From the NCBI GenBank assembly GCA_038893355.1, contig JAWARQ010000012.1:1-17168 (forward strand): a stretch of 17,168 bases of DNA, given 5' to 3'. Below the pieces are notes generated by a model. That model worked only from the letters and a program-made list of their open reading frames with translations, did no database searches and was not told the origin of the DNA. The position numbers and the translations under genes are program-made. Origin of the DNA: Sulfolobaceae archaeon (GTDB lineage: Archaea; Thermoproteota; Thermoprotei_A; Sulfolobales; Sulfolobaceae). Shown here in pieces: positions 9,106-16,620 of this stretch; position 1 is the stretch's first letter; the number at the start of each line of letters is the position of its first letter.

Positions 9106-9753
9106 CTAGGAATTGTTTATTAGCTTTTTTATAAAATAACCTATTATCTTATTCTCAGCTCTCCTTAGGTGGTATATTAGTGTAGATTGTTTAATCCCTA
9201 TTATCTTTGCTAATTCTTCTGCCTTAATTCTTCTTGGATAATCAAAATATCCAAGGTCATACGCTAGACTTAGTATTTTTAATTCCCTATCACTAAGGTC
9301 GTTTATTGGGATTTCATCAGTAACATCGACTCTTTCTATTTGAGCGAATTCTTTTATTTCATTTAATAACTTATTCAATTTATATTCATAAGCCAATAAA
9401 TTCCAGATTTCCCCTCCATTAAACTTCATTGTATTCAAGACTATACCATTATTCCTTACTATAACGGACAGTATCGAATTATCGTAATCTCTAGCCAAAT
9501 CTACTATAATTTTATTTTTATAATTAAAAATATTATATATATTTTTTATTTTCTCTTCTGATTTAAGTTTTACTATAGTCCTATAACCTTTCTGGGAGAC
9601 AATGGCAGTAACCCTCAAAATGTTTTTCTCAGGATATGGAATTAAACCTATTATCTTCACTAAATCTTCCTCTAAATAATACTTACTCCAACAGTTTTCA
9701 TGAATTAGGTAAATATTTACCAACTTTATGGGACTTTTATTCACTCTTAGCAT
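9106..9753 (-). CDS. Transcription regulator with C-terminal bacterio-opsin-activator-type HTH (HTH_10)
   Basis: C-terminal LSDRELKILSLAYDLGYFDYPRRIKAEELAKIIGIKQSTLIYHLRRAENKI and N-terminal HENCWS, both typical of Sulfolobales members. Confidence 0.92.
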   Translation of the reverse strand: MLRVNKSPIKLVNIYLIHENCWSKYYLEEDLVKIIGLIPYPEKNILRVTAIVSQKGYRTIVKLKSEEKIKNIYNIFNYKNKIIVDLARDYDNSILSVIVRNNGIVLNTMKFNGGEIWNLLAYEYKLNKLLNEIKEFAQIERVDVTDEIPINDLSDRELKILSLAYDLGYFDYPRRIKAEELAKIIGIKQSTLIYHLRRAENKIIGYFIKKLINNS

Positions 9754-9902
9754 AGAATACTATAGAATTCGTAAAATAATAAATATTCATTACGAATAAT
9801 CACCTTAACATGATTAAAGCTTTCAAAAAGAGGTTTATCTTAATTTTAGTATATTTAAGGTGAGGAAAAAATATATAAACGTATATCGTGAAGATTAGCA
9901 TA
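9754..9902. promoter_or_regulatory. Divergent promoter region between the regulator and the acyl-CoA ligase
   Basis: Minus-strand TTTATTAT (9776-9783) lies about 23 nt before ATG 9753. Plus-strand GGAAAAAA-TATATAAA (TATA 9872-9879) lies about 24 nt before ATG 9903. Inverted pair TCACCTTAA (9800-9808) / TTAAGGTGA (9855-9863). Confidence 0.65.
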
Positions 9903-11591
9903 ATGGTAGAGGTAATAAGAGAGAAGAAGATAGTAGTAGAACCTAATTTAAAGAATTATGAAGAGGTACGAAGAAATTTTGATTGGAATATTGTGAGAAA
10001 GAGCCTAAATTATTTTGGGAAAGTTAATGCTGCAGAAGTTGCAATTCATAAAAAGGATTTAACGACTGCCAGTAAATATGGGTTAATATGGATTAGCGAA
10101 AAGGGTGAGATAAGGAAATATACTTTTTCAGATCTGGAAAAGAAAGGTTCTATATTTAGTAATGTTCTCAAGGAGGCTGGAATTGGCTCAGGGGATAGAG
10201 TTGTATTAATGTCTAAAAGGGTTCCAGCACTTTATTTTAGTTTATTAGGAATAGCTATGGCTGGTGGTGTAATAGTACCGATCTTTTCCACGTTTGGTGA
10301 GGATGCGATAAGGTATAGGGTCGAGAATAGTGGTGCGAGATTTGCAATAGTTCATGAGTCATTAGCTAATAAGTTCAAAAATATTAGTGGAATTAAATTA
10401 CTTAAAATCTCTGATGAGGGTATTCAAAATGAAAGTAGTGTAGCTAATATAAAATATGAGAAAAGGTCTATTGATGATCCATTTCTGATCCTCTATACAT
10501 CTGGTACTACAGGTAGACCTAAAGGTATATGGCATTCTCAAGATATATTAACTTTCTATTATATATCTGGAAAATACCACTTTGATATGCACCCTCAAGA
10601 TATATTCTGGCATACCGGTGATCCTGCATGGGTAGCAGGCTTTGCTGGAGTATGGACAGCGTGGATTAATGATATACCTATAGTATCTTATGAAGGAAGA
10701 TTTAATGCAGAGGCATGGTATTCGATAATTCAAGAAATTAAGGTCTCAATAATCTCTACTGCACCAACTGCATTAAGACTTCTTAAAAAAGAGGGCTTAC
10801 AGTTAGCTAGGAGATACGACTTATCATCCGTTAGATTTATTCATGCTGGAGGAGAGTATGTAGATCCAGATACAGTCAAATTTGGAATTGAATTATTTGG
10901 AATACCAGTACATGACGGGTATGGCCAGACAGAGACAGCTACTTACGTTATTGCTAACTTCATATCTATGCCAATTAAGGTTGGTTCGATGGGTAAACCA
11001 TTACCTGGAGTTGAGGCATTAATTGTTGACGAAAACGGAAACCCATTGCCACCAAACACTAGAGGAATCTTAGCATTTAAACCTGATTTTCCTGCAATGG
11101 CTAGGGGTATATGGGGAGATGAAGAAAGATGGAAGAGAAACTTTAAAAACGGATATTATTTAACTGGAGATTTTGCGTTTATGGACGAAGATGGGTATTT
11201 CTGGTATTTAGGTAGAGTCGATGATGTAATTAAAGTATCTGGATATAGAGTAAGTCCTATAGAAATAGAAAGTGTACTATCAACACATCCTGCAGTAGCG
11301 GAAGCCGCAGTTATTGGAGTAGAGGATCCAATTAGAGGGAACAAAATAAAAGCGTATATAGTTCTTAAGAAAGAATACGAACCTTCAGAGAGTGTTGTAA
11401 AGAGTATACAAGAATTTATAAAGGAAAAACTCGCTGCACATATGGTACCTAAAGAGATAGAGTTCGTTAATGAACTTCCTCATACGTTAAGTGGGAAAGT
11501 AATGAGGAGAGTTTTGAGGGCAATTGAGTCTAAAGCGGATGTGGGAGATATATCAACACTAGAAAACCCTGAAGTAGTAAAATCTAAATAA
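9903..11591 (+). CDS. AMP-forming acyl-CoA synthetase (AcsA-like scaffold, probably for a larger or heteroaromatic acid)
   Basis: Motifs YTSGTTGRPKG, DGYGQTET, YLTGD, GRVDDVIKVSGYR and LPHTLSGKVMRR. Start is placed at ATG 9903 rather than GTG 9888 because the TATA box position puts GTG 9888 upstream of the expected TSS. Confidence 0.92.
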   Translation: MVEVIREKKIVVEPNLKNYEEVRRNFDWNIVRKSLNYFGKVNAAEVAIHKKDLTTASKYGLIWISEKGEIRKYTFSDLEKKGSIFSNVLKEAGIGSGDRVVLMSKRVPALYFSLLGIAMAGGVIVPIFSTFGEDAIRYRVENSGARFAIVHESLANKFKNISGIKLLKISDEGIQNESSVANIKYEKRSIDDPFLILYTSGTTGRPKGIWHSQDILTFYYISGKYHFDMHPQDIFWHTGDPAWVAGFAGVWTAWINDIPIVSYEGRFNAEAWYSIIQEIKVSIISTAPTALRLLKKEGLQLARRYDLSSVRFIHAGGEYVDPDTVKFGIELFGIPVHDGYGQTETATYVIANFISMPIKVGSMGKPLPGVEALIVDENGNPLPPNTRGILAFKPDFPAMARGIWGDEERWKRNFKNGYYLTGDFAFMDEDGYFWYLGRVDDVIKVSGYRVSPIEIESVLSTHPAVAEAAVIGVEDPIRGNKIKAYIVLKKEYEPSESVVKSIQEFIKEKLAAHMVPKEIEFVNELPHTLSGKVMRRVLRAIESKADVGDISTLENPEVVKSK

Positions 11592-11614
11592 CATTATTAA
11601 TTTATTTTGTAAAC

Positions 11615-11667
11615 ATTTTAAAAGTCTTTTTAGCCTTTTATGCATTAGATTTTAAAAGTCTTTTTAG
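11615..11667 (+). repeat. Perfect 19-bp direct repeat ATTTTAAAAGTCTTTTTAG, two copies
   Basis: Copies at 11615-11633 and 11649-11667. The second TTTTAAAA lies about 26 nt before GTG 11683. Confidence 0.85.
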
Positions 11668-11682
11668 TAACTTCTTACTTGT

Positions 11683-12456
11683 GTGAGCATCATGATCAGA
11701 GTCGAAATAGATAAGGAGAATAAAATAGGAAAAATATTAATAGATAGACAAGAAAAGATGAATGCGATAACAGTATCTATGAGAAGAGAAATTGGAGAAA
11801 AATTAATTGAGTTTAATAAAAACCCTGATGTGAAAGTCGTGATAATTAAAGGAATAGGTGGAAAGGCATTCAGCTCTGGCGGAGATATAAGCGAATTCCT
11901 CTCTCTAACTCCAGATATTCTAATTGACTGGGGTGAAGATATTTCTATGTCAGAAAGAGTGTGGAAACCAGTAATAGCTGCAATTGATGGTTATGCCTTT
12001 GGTGCAGGATTTGAGCTTGCATTATCTTGTGATATCAGAATAGCAACTCCAAGAAGTGAATTTAGTTTCCCCGAAATAAGGTTAGGAATGGTTCCGGCAA
12101 GTGGCGGAATTACTAGGATAATAAAAACCTTAGGATTATCCAGAGCTACATATCTCTTAATGTTGGGGAAGAGAATAGATGCACAGACTGCATTACAATG
12201 GGGAATAGTGCATGAAGTAGTAGAACCAGAAAAATTAGATGAAAGGGCCTATGAAATAGCAAAAGAGCTCTCTAATCTATCATCGTTAGCATTAAAAGCA
12301 TTGAAGAAGATTCTTCACGAAATAGCTGATGCCCCCTTATATGTAGGGTTTGATATTGAGAGAAAAACCTTCGGCTTACTTAGATACTCTAATGATTTTA
12401 AGGAGGGTGTAGAAGCATTTCTAAATAAACGTAAACCAAAATTTGATGGGAGGTGA
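11683..12456 (+). CDS. Enoyl-CoA hydratase/isomerase (crotonase) family protein, HmfE (2-oxoglutaroyl-CoA hydrolase)-like
   Basis: FSSGGDI oxyanion loop, KPVIAAIDGYAFGAGFELALSCDIR, PEIRLG and DFKEGVEAFLNKRKPKF. HmfE likeness rests on recalled sequence and on adjacency to the Mo enzyme. Confidence 0.9.
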   Translation: MSIMIRVEIDKENKIGKILIDRQEKMNAITVSMRREIGEKLIEFNKNPDVKVVIIKGIGGKAFSSGGDISEFLSLTPDILIDWGEDISMSERVWKPVIAAIDGYAFGAGFELALSCDIRIATPRSEFSFPEIRLGMVPASGGITRIIKTLGLSRATYLLMLGKRIDAQTALQWGIVHEVVEPEKLDERAYEIAKELSNLSSLALKALKKILHEIADAPLYVGFDIERKTFGLLRYSNDFKEGVEAFLNKRKPKFDGR

Positions 12457-14750
12457 ATTTAATATTTAAAGAAGGTTTTAGGTTTGTATCTGGAAAAGGA
12501 AGATATATCGATGATGTAATTAGAGAATATAAGAATGTTCTTCATGCAAGTATAGTTAGATCTGCTTATGCTCATGCTAAAATAAATTCCATAGACGTAA
12601 GAGATGCGGAAAGATTGAGTGGAGTTATTAAAGTTTTAACGTTTAGAGACATAAAACCATTTTTAGATCCTTTTCCTCTTTCATTAGATATAAATTTAGA
12701 ATATTATCCTATAGCTAAGGATAAGGCAGTATATTATGGTGAACCAATAGCTGTAATCATTGCAAAAGATGAATATATAGCCGAAGATGCTAAGGAATTA
12801 GTTCAAATAGACTACGAACCTTTAAAACCGATAATCTCAATCAGAGACGCTATAAATTCTCCTCCAATACACTCAAATCTTTCATCGAATATAGTTTTGA
12901 ATAAAATACTTACCTATGGAAAATTCGAAGAGAGTATTAAAAAGGCCGAGGTAGTCACTGAAACGAGAGTTAAGTTTCCACGATACTCATGTGCTCCTCT
13001 AGAGACATATGAAGTTCTAGCGAAGTTTGATGGAGAAGAGTACGAGATATATTCAAATTTTCAAGGACCTTTTACTATTCATTACTTGTTAACTAAAGCA
13101 TTAAAAAGTAAAGTAGTTTTAAGAGGTCCACGCGATATAGGCGGGTCTTTTGGAATAAAGAGTGCAATCTACCCATACATGGCGTTAATAGCAGTTGCAA
13201 GTAGAATAGTAAATAAACCAGTAAAATGGATCGAAACAAGAAATGAGCATCTAATAGCTAGTTCTGCAGGTGCAGAAAGAGAGTCTTTAGTTAGAGTTTA
13301 CGGAAATAGGCAAGGTAAAATTTATGCCTTAGAGATTGAAATGACAGATAACCTTGGTGCTTATCCTAGACCTCCAGAGCCGGGTAACCTGCTAAGAAAT
13401 CATGGAAATATTACTGGTGCTTATGAAATAGAAGGACTAAAATTAAATTATAGGGCTGTACTAACAAATACTTTACCTACTGGGCTTAATAGAGGTTATG
13501 GTGGACCTCACTTATATCTTGCACTAGAAACTGCAATAGATGATTTTGCAGAAGAAGTAGGGATCGATCCATTAGAGGTAAGGTTTAAAAATGTGATAAA
13601 GGGAGAGGAATATGAGACATTAACTGGAGGTAAGTATCATGGTTTTAGTTGTTATAAAGTAGTTAAAGAAATGAAGGAAATTTATGAAAAATTAATTAAA
13701 GAATCAAAAAAATATAAAAATAGAGGAATTGGGGTTTCATTAATAGTAGAACCTTCTGGAACAAATATTGGTTACCTAGATTTGGCTCGAGTAAGCAAGA
13801 ATTTCTTACCTAAATCTTCTGCACTTGATGTGGTTTTGGTTCAAATAGATCCATATGCAAAAGTAAAAGTAATAATAAATGGAACTAATGAGGGTCAAGG
13901 CCATGAATCCGTAATTTCTAAAATTGTATCAGAGAGGCTAGGTATTAGTGAAGATGATGTAGAAGTTATTTACTCTGTAGATACAGTAAGGCCATGGAGT
14001 ATAACTTCTGGAACGTATTCTAGTAGATTTTCCCCAATAATAGTTAAAGCATTAAATAACGCGTTAGATAAGCTTGAGGACACTTTACTTACTTACGCAT
14101 CAGAGCTACTTAAGGTTCAGAAATCACAGTTAAAGATTGAAAATGGCAAGATACTGAAAGTTGGTAGTGATAAATCAATATCTATAAAGAATTTAGTAGG
14201 TATCTTCTATTGGGATCCTGCAAAGCTGAAGGGTATAGAGGACGGATTAACTGCAATAGGCTATTATCAATCACCCTACGCGGATGATCTAGAAGAGAAT
14301 AGAATAAATTCATCTATAGCATATGGCTGTCTTGGTCATATAGTTGAATTAGAGTTAGACGAAGAGACAAAAATTCCTAGAATACTTAATTACTTCATTA
14401 TCCACGATTCAGGGAAGATATTAAACGAAGAATTAGCTAAAGGTCAATTATTAGGTTCAACGTTTCATGGAATCGAAGTAGCCCTCTATGCTTCATTAGA
14501 GTATAATGATGAAGGGATTCCAATTTCACAGACCTTTTCAGAGTATGGTATATTATCTACGATGGAAAGTCCAAGAAGTATAAGTATAGTTCATATAGTA
14601 ACTGATCCGAATTATATAGCTGGATTAGGAGAAGGAGGTACAATGGCTGCACCAGCAGCTATAGTTAATGCTATTAAAAGGATATTAGGGGTGAAAGAAG
14701 TTAAGATACCAGTATACAATTTTATAAATGAGTTGTATAAATTGTATTAG
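12453..14750 (+). CDS. Xanthine-oxidase-family molybdoenzyme large subunit, HmfA (2-furoyl-CoA dehydrogenase)-like
   Basis: Motifs GKGRYIDD, VRSAYAHAKI, IGGSFGIK, PTGLNRGYGGP, GQGH, SGTYSSRF and GLGEGG (catalytic Glu). GTGA overlap with the upstream stop. Confidence 0.92.
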   Translation: MNLIFKEGFRFVSGKGRYIDDVIREYKNVLHASIVRSAYAHAKINSIDVRDAERLSGVIKVLTFRDIKPFLDPFPLSLDINLEYYPIAKDKAVYYGEPIAVIIAKDEYIAEDAKELVQIDYEPLKPIISIRDAINSPPIHSNLSSNIVLNKILTYGKFEESIKKAEVVTETRVKFPRYSCAPLETYEVLAKFDGEEYEIYSNFQGPFTIHYLLTKALKSKVVLRGPRDIGGSFGIKSAIYPYMALIAVASRIVNKPVKWIETRNEHLIASSAGAERESLVRVYGNRQGKIYALEIEMTDNLGAYPRPPEPGNLLRNHGNITGAYEIEGLKLNYRAVLTNTLPTGLNRGYGGPHLYLALETAIDDFAEEVGIDPLEVRFKNVIKGEEYETLTGGKYHGFSCYKVVKEMKEIYEKLIKESKKYKNRGIGVSLIVEPSGTNIGYLDLARVSKNFLPKSSALDVVLVQIDPYAKVKVIINGTNEGQGHESVISKIVSERLGISEDDVEVIYSVDTVRPWSITSGTYSSRFSPIIVKALNNALDKLEDTLLTYASELLKVQKSQLKIENGKILKVGSDKSISIKNLVGIFYWDPAKLKGIEDGLTAIGYYQSPYADDLEENRINSSIAYGCLGHIVELELDEETKIPRILNYFIIHDSGKILNEELAKGQLLGSTFHGIEVALYASLEYNDEGIPISQTFSEYGILSTMESPRSISIVHIVTDPNYIAGLGEGGTMAAPAAIVNAIKRILGVKEVKIPVYNFINELYKLY

Positions 14751-15099
14751 TTTCGTTTAAGCTAATCTAGCTTCTCATACTCATAGAGGCGAGAGAATAA
14801 TATCTTTCGGTCAAATTTCGAGTTAGCATTTTTTACGGAAAACTCTAGGGCTTAATAGTTTTTAAGAGAACATGATCAGAACCAAAACTTTTTCTATCTT
14901 AAATACCTCAAATTTTATCTCTATCTTAAAGTAAAAGATAAACATTAACAGAACTATTTATGAGGATTATAGAGTGTAATGATGCCTCTCACCAAAAATT
15001 GCTCATGCTGGATATTGTGATTAATTTGTGGAGGTCTTTAGGAAGATAGATGTTAGATCTTTAATTCTTAATTTTCTTTTTATAGGAATTGGAGCTAAA

Positions 15100-15405
15100 G
15101 GGTGGAAAACCTCGCCTTTTTGAGGAGAAATTAATAGCCCCTTATATTTGCATACTCTTTTTTGAAACATTTTTCAGCGATTTTAGCGACGTTCCTCTTC
15201 AGCTCGATGGAACTTTGGGAGGGGCACCTATAGTCTCTTAAGGGGCTAGACGTTATGGATGAAAGTCACTCTCCTTTCAGGTGGGAGTGGTTCTCTGCCC
15301 TACTCGACTGCCCACTAAATGAGAGATGCAAACCCGAATCGATGGTGGGAACGATGAACTCTCTGGGAGGGAACTTTTACCTCTATGAGGTGGTGAGCAA
15401 GTCAG
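15100..15405 (+). mobile_element. Degenerate non-autonomous IS200/IS605-family remnant(s), including a tnpB 3'/right end
   Basis: GC-richer patch in AT-rich DNA. AAAACCTCGCCTTTTTGAGG resembles a decayed subterminal hairpin, and there is a hairpin CACTCTCC-TTTCA-GGTGGGAGTG. GGTTCTCTGCCC..CGACTGCCC..AAATGAGAGATG.AAACCCGAATCGATG...GAGCAAGTCAG resembles recalled Sulfolobales tnpB ends finishing GAGGAAGTCAG. The left boundary is uncertain. Confidence 0.65.
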
Positions 15406-15425
15406 TTTTTATTGCTCCCTTATTT
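15282..15425 (+). ncRNA. Possible orphan omegaRNA (reRNA) scaffold plus flanking guide
   Basis: Inferred only from resemblance to tnpB right-end sequence. There is no expression evidence and the terminal hairpin is degenerate. Confidence 0.3.
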
Positions 15426-15745
15426 ATTAAATTCTTATCGTCACTTACCAGTGGAATATTATATTTTCTGCTCAAAAATAAATAAGTAGCATCATAATAA
15501 GTTAAATTTTCATTAACTGCAATCTCTAATACTTCCTTGGATAATTTCACATTTTCTACCTTAATGAACTTTAAGATGTTTGAAAAGTCAGACAGTAAGT
15601 CAGTCCTTTTAATCTTCCAAAGAAAATTTCCGATCTCGTAATATACTAAATCAGCAGTTATACACTCTTTAAAAAGGTCTATTGATCTATCTTTCAGTCT
15701 TTGAATTAAATTGATAATCGCTGACGTATCTAAAACATACTTCAC
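15383..15745 (-). CDS. vapC: PIN-domain toxin VapC
   Basis: PIN acidic motifs YVLDTSA, YEIGN, LTYYDATY and LVSDD. GTGA overlap with the antitoxin stop. Confidence 0.93.
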   Translation of the reverse strand: MKYVLDTSAIINLIQRLKDRSIDLFKECITADLVYYEIGNFLWKIKRTDLLSDFSNILKFIKVENVKLSKEVLEIAVNENLTYYDATYLFLSRKYNIPLVSDDKNLINKGAIKTDLLTTS

Positions 15746-15966
15746 CTTTCTCTGTCCTCCCTAATTAGCCTTACAACATCCTCTACGGATAATTTTAACT
15801 CCTCGGCAATCCTCTTAGAGGACTTTCTTGCCTCTTCTTCTTCCCTCTTCTCTATCTCTTCCTCTAGTGATTTTCTCAATACTTCCGATATATTAATACC
15901 GTACTTTCTCGCTTTTTCAAATACTTCTTTTCTTACTTTAGTTGAGACTGTAACCCATTCTGTCAT
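15742..15966 (-). CDS. vapB: Antitoxin VapB (RHH / CcdA-like)
   Basis: 74 aa with VTVSTKVRKEVFEKARKYGINISEVLRKSLEEEI and C-terminal IREDRER. Directly upstream of the PIN gene. Confidence 0.9.
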   Translation of the reverse strand: MTEWVTVSTKVRKEVFEKARKYGINISEVLRKSLEEEIEKREEEEARKSSKRIAEELKLSVEDVVRLIREDRER

Positions 15967-15983
15967 ATATATTACTTAATATC

Positions 15984-16007
15984 TTGTAGTAATAAATTTT
16001 ACTACAA
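15984..16007. promoter_or_regulatory. Palindromic operator over the vapBC TATA box
   Basis: Perfect inverted repeat TTGTAGTAA-N6-TTACTACAA. Minus-strand TTTATTA lies about 25 nt before ATG 15966. Confidence 0.75.
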
Positions 16008-16097
16008 CGTTTAGCATAAAGGCTATTCAATATGCACTGAATTCTTTTTTTACGTTAATAGAAATCTTTTTATATTCATTTATTATCAACTAAATTT

Positions 16098-16620
16098 GTG
16101 GAGAGACTTTTAAGGCCTAAGGAGGCTTGCCAACTGTTAGGCATTTCATACTCAACACTCCTAAGGTGAATTAGGGAAGGCAAAATAAGGGCTGTAATGA
16201 CCGAGGGCGGAAAGTATAGGATACCATACAGCGAGGTTAAGAAGTATTTGGAGAGGAGGGAGGAGACTAGGGCAGTAATTTACGCTAGAGTCTCATCAGC
16301 AGACAAAAAGGAGGACTTGGAGAAACAAATAAATTATTTAACAAACTACGCAACAGCAAAGGGTTACAAAATAGTAGAAGTATTAAAAGACATTGCTAGT
16401 GGGTTAAACGCACAAAGGAAAGGGTTACTAAAGCTGTTCAAACTAGTAGAGGGGAGGAGTGTAGACGTCGTGTTAATAACACACAAGGACAGGCTAACAC
16501 GTTTAGACTTTGAGTACTCAGAGGAGTTCTTTTCAGCCATCGGAGTTAGGATAGAGGTAGTCTTTGGAGAGGAACCGAAAGACACAACACAAGAACTCGT
16601 CGAAGACTTAATCTCAATCA
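16098..16620 (+). pseudogene. tnpA: IS607-family serine transposase TnpA, nonsense mutation and 3' truncation
   Basis: From GTG 16098 it reads MERLLRPKEACQLLGISYSTLLR*IREGKI (MerR-like HTH, TGA at 16167-16169 where Trp is expected), then YARVSS, KDRLTR and ELVEDLISI, cut by the IS1 end at 16621. Confidence 0.9.

Noticed and set aside
10548-11344. Short minus-strand ORFs 10548-10733 and 11156-11344
   Set aside because: Antisense within the acyl-CoA ligase.
11615-11667. Mini CRISPR array
   Set aside because: Only two 19-bp copies with a 15-bp gap, and no cas genes.
12453-14750. Aerobic CO dehydrogenase (CoxL) assignment
   Set aside because: It lacks the AYRCSFR (form I) and AYRGAGR (form II) loops and has LNRGYGG instead.
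14960-15049. 29-aa ORF after the Mo subunit, considered as a remnant FAD or FeS subunit
   Set aside because: No Cys-cluster or FAD-binding motif is recognisable.
15255-15485. 76-aa plus-strand ORF
   Set aside because: It runs through the IS remnant and antisense into vapC, and is best explained as a chance frame.
16167-16169. TGA recoding (Trp or Sec) in tnpA
   Set aside because: TGA is used as a normal stop elsewhere in the window and the gene is also truncated. A TGG-to-TGA mutation is simpler.
16364-16585. 73-aa minus-strand ORF
   Set aside because: Antisense shadow of IS607 tnpA.
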